The notes under the pieces are model-generated. The model was not told the DNA's origin, ran no database searches, and saw nothing but the letters and a program-made list of their open reading frames with translations. Source: Conidiobolus incongruus B7586 (lineage: Eukaryota). Taken from it: a DNA stretch of 47,870 nucleotides. Made by a program: the position numbers and the translations under genes. How positions within the stretch are numbered: the first letter of the stretch is position 1; each line of letters opens with the position of its first letter. Location of the stretch: the NCBI GenBank assembly GCA_000697335.1, contig JNEM01009166.1, positions 1 to 47,870 of the forward strand. The letters are read 5' to 3'. Below are positions 24,266 to 35,777 of this stretch, one piece after another.

Positions 24266-26008
24266 TTAATTAGAAGATGGTGGGATTTGACAATCCCATA
24301 GGTAGACTTCGGAGTCTTCTGATCCAGCAATGATCCTAGTATCAGCCAATGAAATGCAGTTTATGGTGTCTTGTGATCCAACAAGAGTGTGCATACAGGC
24401 CCCAGTATCAAAATCCCAAACCTTCACAGTCCAATCCCGAGAACCGCTAACAATTCTAAGCGTATCCACTGCCAAACATTCGACGCCATCCAAATGTCCG
24501 AAAATAGTTCGGATGCAATGACCACTTACCAAAGACCATACTTTGATTGTATTGTCTGAGCTCCCAGTGACAAGAGTACAATTGGATAATTCAAAAGGAT
24601 TGCTAGTGGTGTTGTTTCTTTCGAACTGATTCTTGCGAATCAAGATACTAGACCTTAGATTCTCCAGCATTGCAGAAGGAACAACGGCTTGGAAACAATT
24701 AACTTCTCCAACATGTCCGGTAAACTCTTGAATACAGGTTTTAGTAACAAGATCCCAAAGCTTAACAGTGCCATCATCTGAACACGTTAAGACAAGGTCC
24801 ATATTCAAAAGTTGGATCTTATTAATAGGTTCAGAATGGGCATTGATTGTGAAATGTTGAGAAGTAGTGAAGTTATAAACATTAATTAGCCCTGTTTCAC
24901 TCCCAGTCACCATCAGATTTTTCAAAAAGTGGAGGCATTTGGCAGGTTGAGGGAAGGATAATTTTCTAAAACCAGTTCTATAGCACCAAACGCGAACTCG
25001 ACCATCTTTGGAAGCGGTAACTAAACGACATTCATCGAATTGAAGGTTAGTGACTTGTTCCATTCCATCTCCTTGGACGATGTGCAAGGGTTTGTGAGTA
25101 TTAAGGTCCCATAAGCGAACAGTAGAATCGGAGGAGGCGGTCATTAATCGAGGACCACAAGCTTGAAGGTGCTTAACTGAGTCAGTATGAGCCTTTAAAG
25201 TAAACTGTTGAAAATTTCCTCTTCTCCAGTTGCACTCAATAATCATTCTCTCCCTAAAAATAGATTTCCAGAAGCCTTCAGGTTCCTTAATCATATTTAC
25301 AGGATTGTTAATTAAAGGCATGGAGCTAGAACGGTTCTGAGGTGAAAGAGGCTGAGGATTGGTTTGTCGGATGTTAATTCTCTTACGAGGAGACCAGTTT
25401 GAAGAGTTGGAATCAGTGTCTGGAGAAGAACAAGTTAAAGGACTTTGGGTGAGTTGGTTGGTTTTTCCTTCTTGTTGCTGGGAAATTTGCTGTTGATGAA
25501 GCCACTCCGTTCGCTTTCTCTTTAAATAAACATCCAAAAGAACTGGTAAACCCCAACCACATTTGGTACATTTCTTGTTGATATGCTGCTCACAGAGTGT
25601 TTTCCAAAGGCAATTTTGCTCAGAAATTCGCTTCCAAAGTTTACATACTACACTAGTCTGACATAGACTTTTATGGTCAAGATAAGTAAATATTATTTTG
25701 GTGATATGAATAGGTAATTGGCCAATGATATCAAATTTGAGTAAAGGTTTGATGCATTCTGAAATAAAAGATAATTCTTTGTTTGTGGCTTGGGATAAAA
25801 GCTGAACAATGAAAAACTCTCTTAAAGAAGGATCAAACTGGTTAAAAAGGCCTAAAGTCTGATGATATAAGTTGTGCTGAGTAGAAGAAAGAGTATGAAA
25901 TTCTTGATTAATTCTGTTAGCCAACTCTGGAGTTTTGATAGAAGCGTGAGGATAAGAGCTTATAATACAAGATAAAGAAACAGGGCAACTCATAGGGATT
26001 GAACTCAT
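24266..26008 (-). CDS. MET30: F-box/WD40 sulfur-regulatory SCF adaptor Met30/SconB/Pof1, intronless
   Basis: F-box (DIIGQLP...IFTYLD.KSLC...VCK.WK) followed by the Met30/SconB-specific motif LCEQHINKKCTKCGWGLP; WD repeats with IFGHLDGVECLAVDTLRIVSGS.D.TVKVWD. Confidence 0.9.
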   Translation of the reverse strand: MSSIPMSCPVSLSCIISSYPHASIKTPELANRINQEFHTLSSTQHNLYHQTLGLFNQFDPSLREFFIVQLLSQATNKELSFISECIKPLLKFDIIGQLPIHITKIIFTYLDHKSLCQTSVVCKLWKRISEQNCLWKTLCEQHINKKCTKCGWGLPVLLDVYLKRKRTEWLHQQQISQQQEGKTNQLTQSPLTCSSPDTDSNSSNWSPRKRINIRQTNPQPLSPQNRSSSMPLINNPVNMIKEPEGFWKSIFRERMIIECNWRRGNFQQFTLKAHTDSVKHLQACGPRLMTASSDSTVRLWDLNTHKPLHIVQGDGMEQVTNLQFDECRLVTASKDGRVRVWCYRTGFRKLSFPQPAKCLHFLKNLMVTGSETGLINVYNFTTSQHFTINAHSEPINKIQLLNMDLVLTCSDDGTVKLWDLVTKTCIQEFTGHVGEVNCFQAVVPSAMLENLRSSILIRKNQFERNNTTSNPFELSNCTLVTGSSDNTIKVWSLVSGHCIRTIFGHLDGVECLAVDTLRIVSGSRDWTVKVWDFDTGACMHTLVGSQDTINCISLADTRIIAGSEDSEVYLWDCQIPPSSN

Positions 26009-26655
26009 TTAGTGTGAAATCACAGCTAAGCTGTTTAACTAAAAATCAGTTCAACTCAAAAGGATTTGATAAATGTGCAAAATTAAAGTGGAATATTTCT
26101 TTAATTAAAGAAAGGGTGAACACTTATTTATACCCAAATTTTTTTAATCCAATATTTCATCATTGATATGATTTATGTCGAATATTCATAAATTTCATAA
26201 ATATCATTACAATTTTAGCCTAACCCAACTGCCATATATGGCAATAGCTTTCAGCCAATTAAATCAAATATTTGTAATAATTATTAATCGAAATAGAAAA
26301 ACTCATTTATAGATTTATTTTACTTGAACTTATAAAACATATTAAAAATACATAAATAATTATTGTTAATAAAATGGTTTTTATAAGATGTGCATAGAGT
26401 TGATGATAATAAAGGCAATAAATCTATTTATACAAAAAATTTTAACTAATTAACCTTAATCATCAGAGCTTCATGAATTTTACCTGAAATTTAACTTGAT
26501 TGGTGTGAGTGTTAATTTTCTAATTAAAAGTTTAAAATGAAAAATTCAAATTCAGTATTTTTCTGATAAAAATAAATACCCTACTATACTTGATAATGAT
26601 AATAAATAGCATAAGCTTTATAATATTTCATTGGTTTTGGAACCAATTTCGGCAA

Positions 26656-26662
26656 CACGTGA
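26656..26662 (-). promoter_or_regulatory. TCACGTG E-box (Cbf1-type site) ~650 bp upstream of MET30
   Basis: CACGTGA on the + strand. TCACGTG is the Cbf1 element of yeast sulfur-regulon promoters. Confidence 0.4.
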
Positions 26663-29052
26663 TGTTCACTTGTAGAAATTTATCATTTTTCTTTAAAATG
26701 ACTAAATCAAATAAAAAATGAGAAAATCTTTAAAATCATATGAATGAAAAGAATAGCTCATGATATAATGAGTTAAATATCTCGAATATATCTAACACAA
26801 CTGTTTTTCTTGTTCATATATGCATATTATTGGTGATAAAATTCATATATTCTCTCATCGAATATTCACAATATATAATTATATGAAAATTTTAATTATT
26901 AAATCTGAATAAAAAGCACATGATAAGAATATTATTTGAATATATTATATAACATCATTATATGAATCTAGTATATGAGCCCAGTAATCATTGTTATAAA
27001 TATGGCACATATCCTCAAAAACAATTATTCAGTTCTCAGATTAGATAACCAATGCCATATTGGTTAAATTTGAAAAAATTTGAACATTTGAATTCAAAAT
27101 TTCTTTAAAATCATAAAAAGATTAAGAAATAATACCATACATGCTTTTGTAATATATTCATTACTATTAATTTTTATGAAATATAGTTATATTGAAATTT
27201 ATTTTGACAATAGTAAAATTCGCTTTTCATTCTTTTAACATATTAAAATCCTCATTCAGTTGTCCACTGAAGTTGTGGTATCCGTTTTTCTTTTTAACCA
27301 GGATATAATTAAATTCTCCAAAATCTTGTTAATTGAAAAATTAATTTAAATAGATAATTACTATTATTTTAAACAATTTATATTTCTGTCAAAAATATAA
27401 TTAATATTCTCAATTAAAGGGTTAATCCTAATTGATCTAATTTCATTTAAGCTCGTCACTTTTATTAACACCTAATAAAACAACTAATCAGATATTAATA
27501 AAGACAAATTTCAATACTTATTGGAAGAGATAAAAATTTAGTATGACAATGATAATGAGTGACTTTAACACAATTTAAAATTTAATAAAATTTTGTAATT
27601 TTATTGAAGGTTCTTTAATATTTTATTTCACCTTTAAAATGGTTTAAAAATAGTGTTATATATTACCTTGGAATCATAAGTAATTGATAACAGTATTTTA
27701 AATATTCAAATACAATCAATCATTCTGAATTGTTATTGTACTTATTTGATTATTATACACTATATCCCTGAGCATAATATTAAAATTATAGAAACTTCAA
27801 ATTGAATTATTAAGGAATTTTAATCATATTAATAATCCTGAATAATTTCAAATATCTAAAAATACTAACAAAATATATAATTTGGAATGGATAATTAATG
27901 GCTTAAATAATAATATATTGATGTATTATTTTACAATATTAATACCCTCATATCCTCAGGAAAGCTCATAGCTTAAAAATATATTATTTAAATATTCATA
28001 TATAATTGCTGAGCACTAATATTTAAGGTTAAAACCTTAAATATAGTATTGAGAATTGGCTTATAAAGAATCTTATTTTAAAAGGTAAAATAAGGATCAA
28101 AAACATTTGTTTACTGGATATAAAATAATAAAGTGAAAATTTATTTTAATAATATTGATCAATTGAAAAATTAACTGGAAAATGATTAGTTCGGTGTATT
28201 TATGATCTTTAACTTCCATTGAAAATAGTATATTAGGCGATTGATAAAGTTAGCCAAGTTATATTTACTTCACAATTCTGGGCCATCATCAATATTATAA
28301 TATATAATGTATAATGTATAATAATTATATTATTTGTTTTGAGATAATCTCAATCTAATTTTCACTGGAATAATCATATGTATATATATAATTTTTCATA
28401 TTATCCAAAGGGTTGTCATTTTATTTATCTATATTGTTTGATATTATGTTATTTTGAATATAGAAGTGTTAATTGAATAATGTTTCAAAATATAAAGGAT
28501 TTAGCTTGAGATGAAATTAATTATTCAAGTTCAATAATCAATGCTGAAAAAAAATTAGGATGTTAGTGAACTTCTATTAAGAAATAAACTATATTATACG
28601 TACTAATAACATCTATATATTAAAACATAATATATGTTAATAAGGTGAAATTGTTTTTATATGTATTAATTATAATAAGCACTAAATAATCCAAAACAAT
28701 TAAAATCGAAAAATAGTTTGACTTGTAAATTTAGTATGTTTAATTCAAATTATATAATTTGATGTAAATATAATGTATTTAATAATGATCTATGGTTATT
28801 TTATATATATACTATAGATGTTACCATACTATTAAAATAATCATCACAATTCTAAGGTGAGTTAATTTTTTGTATATTACATAACATGATCCAAATACAA
28901 TATAATTTTCTCTTTGAGCTATGGTTATTTCATTTTAAGTGCAATTAATTTATCTTTGAATTAAACTTATTCAGTTTATTCATATATTATAATGATATTA
29001 TAAATATATTTAAAATCTAGAGCATATATGATTATATTTGAAAATTTCATAT

Positions 29053-29386
29053 TGTCACGGGCCGGAGAACCCGTTCGTCCTTAACAATTCAATTCATTCG
29101 AGAACCCCGTCACAGATCCACCTGCAACATGACCACAAAATACACCCGAGCAATGCAATCAATCGTTCCATCCGACGTACGGTTCGTACGCTGGGAAGAC
29201 ACGTTAAGCAAACTATAAATATGCCGACTACAACCAAGTTAGCACGTCGGTCCTCTTCCTAGGGTACAGCCCAATAATCCAGGTTAAACAATAAATTACC
29301 CCTTTTATATCACCAAACAGGAGCCGTCCCGGAAGACGACTATTTACTTAAAAGTTATTGGACACTTGACTTCCCAGCCAGTATCA
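29053..29386 (+). mobile_element. Solo LTR (334 bp), probably Ty3/Gypsy-type
   Basis: GC-richer island starting TGTCAC and ending GTATCA (TG...CA), flanked by ATAT at 29049-29052 and 29387-29390. Internal TATAAATA (29214) is followed by AATAAA (29290); GAGAACCC(C)GT is repeated in the 5' part. Confidence 0.75.
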
Positions 29387-29607
29387 ATATATTAGTTAAA
29401 TATTAGATAATTTAACATATCCCATAATTACTTTGGCTGAATTAAATTATATTTATTGAAATTAAATAAAGTCCGAATAGATATTTAATGTATATTCAAT
29501 TAATATATCTCAAAATATATTTCGCACATTACTACTATAACAAAATATTTAAACACACATTTTAATCAATAATTATAATTTACCTTTTTTTAATTCTTTC
29601 TTAATTG

Positions 29608-31326
29608 ATGACGACATCAAATAACAATAGTCATAATGTGCCAATAAAGGATACAGAAAAAAACGCTAAACAAACTTCAACTGGAACATTTAATTCTGAA
29701 GCTTTTTTGAAGGCTAAGATTCTATTTGGATTCTGGTCCACTATGATTTTTATTCTTCCTATTTGGTTATATACTACTCACCAGCAGAGAACCCCATTAA
29801 ATCAATCCGATATCACCACATGGTTTCAACACAAGCAATATCAATTTGAAATTCCATTAACAATCTTTATTAGATGGGACAGTCAGTTAAACAATGGTGA
29901 TAAAATGAACTCACTCAATGATGAATTTAAGAGTATTGCTAATGAATATATTTCTGAAAATCAGAACAATTTGGTCAAGAACGATAGTCCACTTGTTAAA
30001 ATCCAACCCAACATTGTTAATTCAGAATCTTCGTTCACTTCAACATCATGGAAATACTTCGAAAATCAGAATCCCAACAGTGAATTTCAGAGCAATTTGA
30101 ATTATGTCGTCAATGTTCTTCATAAAAGTCAAATCAAAGATACCGTTTCTTGGGAGAAGGGCGAGCAAGTCAAATACTATTCACTGCCGCTAAGACAGTT
30201 TATTGTGTTAACCAAGAGCAAAGATGTGATGACAGTTAAGAAACAGACCCAAAACTTGGTTAAAGCTATTTTAGGCTCTTCTCATAACTCCATGAATCCA
30301 CCTGTGTTGAATGGAAATAACAAAAGGCAGGGAGTAAAATATGTTAAACACTATCAGTTAACTTTTAGTTTAATGAATGAAGATATTAACACTATTCAGC
30401 CTTCTTGGGATTACGAGTACATTCACGATCAGTTTAATAAGCATCTGCTTCACTTGCTTAAAAATGTATCTACATTTACTGTTGCAACTCAAATTCATCA
30501 CATATCTCCATTGGCTGTTCAACCACAAACTCAAACGAAGAATGGAGTTCAAACCAGATATTTAGTTCCAACCCAGTTACCTCAATTTGTCAATTCAGCT
30601 GATTGGAATATTGCTTCAGCGGTACTAACTGAACCCGATATTCACTTCCTTCTCTATCTTCCTTCGTCGCCATTATCCATCCAATACGGATCCAACGAAT
30701 TCTCACGCTCTTTCATAATTCCTAAATGGGGAGGTGTGTACATTGCAGAAACTCCAAAGAGTCAGGATGTTGAGTTAACATCCAAAGAGCTTGAACCTAT
30801 CGTGAAACAATTTTTGAAGCAATTCAAAGAGTTACTAGGTATCTCTACTATCCAAGATACTTTCTTATCTCATCAGCTGAAATTGGAACAGCCCCACTAC
30901 ACTATCCTCACCGGATGGGAATTAGACCAGTACCTATTAAGAAGATCTATGGAAAACGTCTTTGACACCGTTAGCACTTTAAACTCGCTCATTACTCTCG
31001 TCAACGAAATCAAAAATATGGTTATTTTACAAAAGATCCAGGTTCAAACACAGACTTGTTTAAATCATTTGGATCAAGCTTTTGAACTATTGAGTCAAGG
31101 AAAAATTCAGGAAGGATTTCAACATACCAAAGAAGCACTCACTTTAGCTGAACTCTCCTTTTTTGACCCGAGTATGGTGGGATTGATGTACTTCCCTAAT
31201 GAACATAAGTGGGCAGTGTATGCACCATTATATGCACCAGTCTTAGTGACTTTACTCAGAGTCACTGCGCTTACTTTTAATAAGTGGAGAATGGCTCAAA
31301 AAGATATTAAGACCAAGACCAATTAA
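29608..31326 (+). CDS. GPI17: GPI transamidase subunit PIG-S/Gpi17, intronless
   Basis: N-terminal TM then LPIWLYTT..QRTPL; YQLTFSLMNED, LPQFVNSADW, SFIIPKWGGV, WELD; C-terminal FFDPSMVGLMYFPNEHKWAVYAPL plus TM. Confidence 0.94.
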   Translation: MTTSNNNSHNVPIKDTEKNAKQTSTGTFNSEAFLKAKILFGFWSTMIFILPIWLYTTHQQRTPLNQSDITTWFQHKQYQFEIPLTIFIRWDSQLNNGDKMNSLNDEFKSIANEYISENQNNLVKNDSPLVKIQPNIVNSESSFTSTSWKYFENQNPNSEFQSNLNYVVNVLHKSQIKDTVSWEKGEQVKYYSLPLRQFIVLTKSKDVMTVKKQTQNLVKAILGSSHNSMNPPVLNGNNKRQGVKYVKHYQLTFSLMNEDINTIQPSWDYEYIHDQFNKHLLHLLKNVSTFTVATQIHHISPLAVQPQTQTKNGVQTRYLVPTQLPQFVNSADWNIASAVLTEPDIHFLLYLPSSPLSIQYGSNEFSRSFIIPKWGGVYIAETPKSQDVELTSKELEPIVKQFLKQFKELLGISTIQDTFLSHQLKLEQPHYTILTGWELDQYLLRRSMENVFDTVSTLNSLITLVNEIKNMVILQKIQVQTQTCLNHLDQAFELLSQGKIQEGFQHTKEALTLAELSFFDPSMVGLMYFPNEHKWAVYAPLYAPVLVTLLRVTALTFNKWRMAQKDIKTKTN

Positions 31327-31971
31327 CACTTGTTATTATACATTTATTTTTTAATGATCAATAAATTTTTATATTAATATTCAATATTATGTAAATATCC
31401 ATATCAATGAAACTATCTAATTTATTTATTGTTACAATATAACGATATTTTTCTATACTATTTTCAATTTGATTTAATTTTATATTGTAGACTAAATAAT
31501 GTGACAATTTTTCATTTTTAGATAGTAGACATTATACTTATATGACTAAAATAATTTAGCTTCTTGGTTAAATAATTGGGAAAATTTTTAAATTTAATCA
31601 ATACAATCCAAATGATTCATATGTGAAGTTATACATTTTGTTTGTTTAAATCCTAACAGTTCAGTACATATTTGAGAGAGTAGCTAAGCATTATTATATG
31701 GTGTCTGTTTACTTATTCAACAATCTGTCCTAATACTAAATATATACCAAATTCATTCATTACAGTGATTTAATATAAGAATCATAAAATACTCTAACAT
31801 ATATAAGGATAATTGGAGTAGTGATAAAAATAACTAAACTTAAACGTATAACTTAATAGGTTAAACCTCAAACCGGTTCCATTTAATATTGGTTCAGAAC
31901 AAATATATAGTTATCAGTTTCCTCAGTTTTGATCCAACTACGTTTTTAATTTGATTCACTTACATATCATC

Positions 31972-32523
31972 ATGAAATTATCTACTTTCGCTATTGCCTT
32001 AACTTCCATCACCGCTGCATACGCCCAATACGAAGATGTCTGTGGAAAAAATGAAAGTTATTGTTTGTCTACCTGTCATAAACATGGAGGTGTTTTGGTA
32101 AATATTTGTGATCCTAAAAATATGAACTATGAATGTCAATGTGAAGATAAAACACGTCCTATTGACACTTGTAAGGACATTTAATTGATAATGTTCTATT
32201 ATATTCATTAATAATTGTTTATTTTAGATGGTAATTTCCCTGTTGAAATTGAGAGATGTATGATCAATAATGCCAGCTGCCGTGATAAATGTAACGATGA
32301 TCCTAGTTGCCTTGCCAAATGTGACAGTGAATTCAAATGCATTTTCAAGGATCCCCACGATGGTAACGTTACCAAGCCCACTACCAACACCATCAAAGCC
32401 CCTGGAACTGCTCCTGCCACCGACGCTCCCAACCTCAATGGTAATGCTTTCTTCTCCAGCGCCCCCGTTTATACTTTAATTGGTACTTCCATCTTTGCTT
32501 TCTCTATTTCTTTAATTGATTAA
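31972..32523 (+). CDS. Small secreted 12-Cys protein (164 aa) with Thr/Pro/Ala stalk and GPI-type hydrophobic C-terminus; intron 32171-32227
   Basis: Signal peptide MKLSTFAIALTSITAAYA. The phase-1 intron joins two ORF-track fragments (..RPIDT-Y-GNFP..). C-terminus NG/NA-FFSSAPVYTLIGTSIFAFSISLID. Confidence 0.85.
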
Positions 32524-34085
32524 TTATTTGAATCATTCATTTATATTTAATTTATTCATCAATCACTTTAAAATTATAGCTTTTACTTCGTTATTATTAT
32601 TATTATTATATATTTAATAAATTGAGTATTTAATCATATCAACTGAGTCAATATCCATTCTTTATGTATAATTGTCCTGCTTATATGGTTAAATTGATTT
32701 AATCTGTCTAGTATTTTTTATTTGTAATACTATTGATAACTATCTCTTCTACCCTTTAATTTATAAACTTGTTATTATGAGATAAATTCACATATCAAAT
32801 ATATTATTTAATCTTGATATATTTTTGGCTTTTGTTGTGTTTTTATATTAAGTTTTATAAATATAGGTCATAGTTAGAAAAGTACTCAAAATATAATTTA
32901 GTAAATTATTTATTGATCCTGCTCTTTAACATATCAAGACTGTAGGTTTGAAACTTACTGTTGAGGTGTTGTAGCAGAATATCCAAAGAGAAAAAAATTT
33001 TCTTCTATCTTTATCTCTTTTGGGTTTAAATAGTTGCTTAAATGAATGATATGGGATTTGAATATAATCTAATAAAGAAAACAAAGTGAACAAAGAGTAT
33101 CCTTCAATTATAGACTGACAAAGCCATCTTAAATTAGAAATAATATTGGTTTAACTATCACAATAGAGTAAATGATTAAATTTAAAATACAACACTTTAT
33201 TAAAGTAGTATATTAATTTGGGATTGTATTTACTTACTGTAGTTCTTTTGTGAATTAAATTCAGAATTACTTTACATCAGATTTTTGTTAATAATTAACT
33301 GATCTTATGTATTAAAATTATAGGCAATAAACATTGTTTAATAACTTTGAATCTTTAATAGTATTAACATATCCAAAATTCAATCGTAGGTTATTTTACT
33401 CTCTGACATTATTAATTTTACATATTAAGCAACTATTGTATATCAAGCTTTATATTATGAATTGAATGGAATCTTCAATCAACTGAAATAAAAATCAAGT
33501 TAATAGACAAACAAATATTTTATATTATATTTAAAATTATTTTATTTCAATTGAAATTTTTATTAATGTCTTTAAAATAAACCTTGAATTACAAATAATA
33601 TAAACTCACCTATTACTCGAAAACTATGTCACTATTCAAGTTGCAGTGTATCAAAGTATTCAGTTTTCAATTATAAATCTATCAATTAGGTATTTTAATA
33701 TATCGAGTCAAAAATTCCTTGAAATTGATTAGTATCTAAACCATTTTCAAACACTTTTTATGTAAAATATATAATAAACTATTACTAATTGAATGACTGA
33801 TCATTCAAATTCACCAGCTAAAATAAATTTTCCTTTTTTATCTCAACCTTTACCAATTAATTTATAGTTTTTAATCACATTGAATTGATATTATTATATA
33901 ATGGTATCAATATCAATAAAATTAAAATAATTATAAAACAATTGATATTTTTATTAATTAATGATTATAAGTTCAAATAAAATCAATTAAATAAAATATT
34001 TGAAAATATTATTATTATAATCCCATAAAAGATTTAATCTAATATAATTTATATAAACTTAAGATAGTGTAATATCAAAATTAAG

Positions 34086-34319
34086 ACCTTAGTAAGTCCT
34101 TAAACTGCTAACACCATTCCATACCCCATAATAACATTTACAATCCCCTCCCACTCTTAAGTATACTGTTATTACTTTATCCCCAATAACTCCCAATACA
34201 AACAAAACCCTTAACTCTGGAACCGTATCTTTGGGTAGATCCCACAAGTTACGGATCAATATATTCTGCAAAATATCGCTTTTATTCGTCCTTAGGTCTA
34301 ATAAAAATCTTCTTCATTC
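34086..34319 (+). mobile_element. 234-bp insertion flanked by a 15-bp direct repeat; probable 5'-truncated non-LTR retroelement (LINE/SINE 3' end)
   Basis: AATATCAAAATTAAG at 34071-34085 and again at 34320-34334. The insert is C-rich, has a stem-loop near 34220-34257, and ends AATAAA...TCTTCTTCATTC. Confidence 0.68.
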
Positions 34320-34358
34320 AATATCAAAATTAAGTCATCAAATACATTCATTATAACT

Positions 34359-34796
34359 ATGATTCGTAATATAATTATAAATTCAAAAAAATTAATTTCA
34401 ACTTCTAATTTACAAAGATTTTCAACTAATATTTATCGTTTAAGCGATATTCCGCTCACTTCAGAAGCTGACTTATATGTACCTAGAAATATTCCCAGAC
34501 CTAACGAAACTCCAGAACAATTGCGTTCTAGATTATTGTATCAATGTCGCAAGAGAGGTATTTTAGAAACTGATTTAATCATGTCCACATTCGCTACCAA
34601 GTATTTAAAGGACTTGAGTGTTGAAAATTGTAAAGAATTAGATAGCTTTTTAGATTACCCTGATTGGGATATTTATTATTGGGTTACTGATGGAAAAGCT
34701 CCTCCTCCTGAAGTTGAAAAGTTGACTATTTTCCAATTAATTAGAGAACATGCTAAAAATAAGGATAAAAATATTTTAAGAATGCCTGATTTATAA
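34359..34796 (+). CDS. SDH5: Succinate dehydrogenase assembly factor 2 (Sdh5/SDHAF2), mitochondrial
   Basis: Basic presequence; RLLYQCRKRGILETDLIMSTFA, FLDYPDWDIYYW; C-terminal RMPDL. Confidence 0.96.
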   Translation: MIRNIIINSKKLISTSNLQRFSTNIYRLSDIPLTSEADLYVPRNIPRPNETPEQLRSRLLYQCRKRGILETDLIMSTFATKYLKDLSVENCKELDSFLDYPDWDIYYWVTDGKAPPPEVEKLTIFQLIREHAKNKDKNILRMPDL

Positions 34797-35777
34797 TCAA
34801 TTTAATATCAATTGATTATATTAATAATAAATATTATATTATCTGTTTAATAAAGATTTTAAAAATATTTAATTTTTTCATCATATATTAATCATTCAGG
34901 CTATTAATTAATATTTTACTAATCCTTATTTTTAATTCTTTAACTATATTTTTTTATATTAGATGAGTAATAAATATTTTTCTCAATGACCATATAAGTT
35001 CAAATTTATGTTTACTGAAATTTTTCTTTAAATGAGTCATTTGATCTATTGGTTTAAAATAATTTTTAGTTGCATTTAATGAATGTGATGATGGGTGGTA
35101 AATTCAATCATTAATCCTTCAAATAATATGATTTTTATTAACCAATGATTAATTGAAAATTTTGAACGTAGAACTGTTAAAGAGCTGATAGGATAAGTCA
35201 ATCATTTATATTATATCATAATTTTCGAGAAGCTGGGATAGTATAAATAACTGATTTTAATTATTCAATACATATAGGTGTTGGTAAGGGAGCATATTGA
35301 AACTCGAAAGATATGATTAGAATGATTAATGATAGCATAATAAATCATTGTTATTTTATATTGTATGATCATATGTGCAATGATCCATCCAACAATTAGT
35401 AAATGCTTGATGACTTAATTAACATTTGAATGAAATTAAACCAGGAAAATTAATCTAATATTAATTCAACAGTTTTATGTTAGAAAATTGGATGAGGTGT
35501 CACACAAAGCATCCACAACCTACTGTCACAACTTGAAAACGAAAAATGTTGCTTTATTAGTAAATTTTTAATATTTGTTGTCATTGGTTAGCAGATACAT
35601 TTTGATTAAAATTCGTCACATATAGAAATATTGACAATACTCATGAAGTTTGAGTTGTAATAAACGGATAAGATTATCAATCACCGAGTATAAATAAACC
35701 ACCAATATTCACTTTAATATTTAATTTTTCATATGAGTTGTGTATATGCTTAAATTATCATATTATTTCTAATTAAA

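Noticed and set aside
6753..26008. CysRS and MET30 as a sulfur gene cluster
   Set aside because: About 15 kb apart with unrelated housekeeping genes between them; no evidence of functional clustering.
29038..29262. 74-aa ORF in the GC-rich island
   Set aside because: Starts at TTG, has no family features, and lies almost entirely within the solo-LTR candidate.
29255..29285. CCTAGGGTACAGCCCAATAATCCAGG resembles the dicistrovirus IGR-IRES SL-V region
   Set aside because: No SL-IV AUUU loop or matching pseudoknot partners; a short chance similarity.
33097..33104. GTATCCTT resembling a U12-type 5' splice site
   Set aside because: Not within any identifiable gene and no appropriately placed branch site.
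34204..34216. AACCCTTAAC as a possible telomerase RNA template (TTAAGGG) within the 234-bp insert
   Set aside because: No pseudoknot or CR4/5 visible, and the 15-bp TSD explains the region better as an insertion.
34089..34271. 60-aa minus-strand ORF
   Set aside because: TTG start, lies inside the TSD-flanked insert, no recognisable homology.
35085..35188. GTGATGA...CTGA as a possible box C/D snoRNA
   Set aside because: No terminal stem and no rRNA-antisense guide I can identify; such boxes are common by chance in AT-rich DNA.
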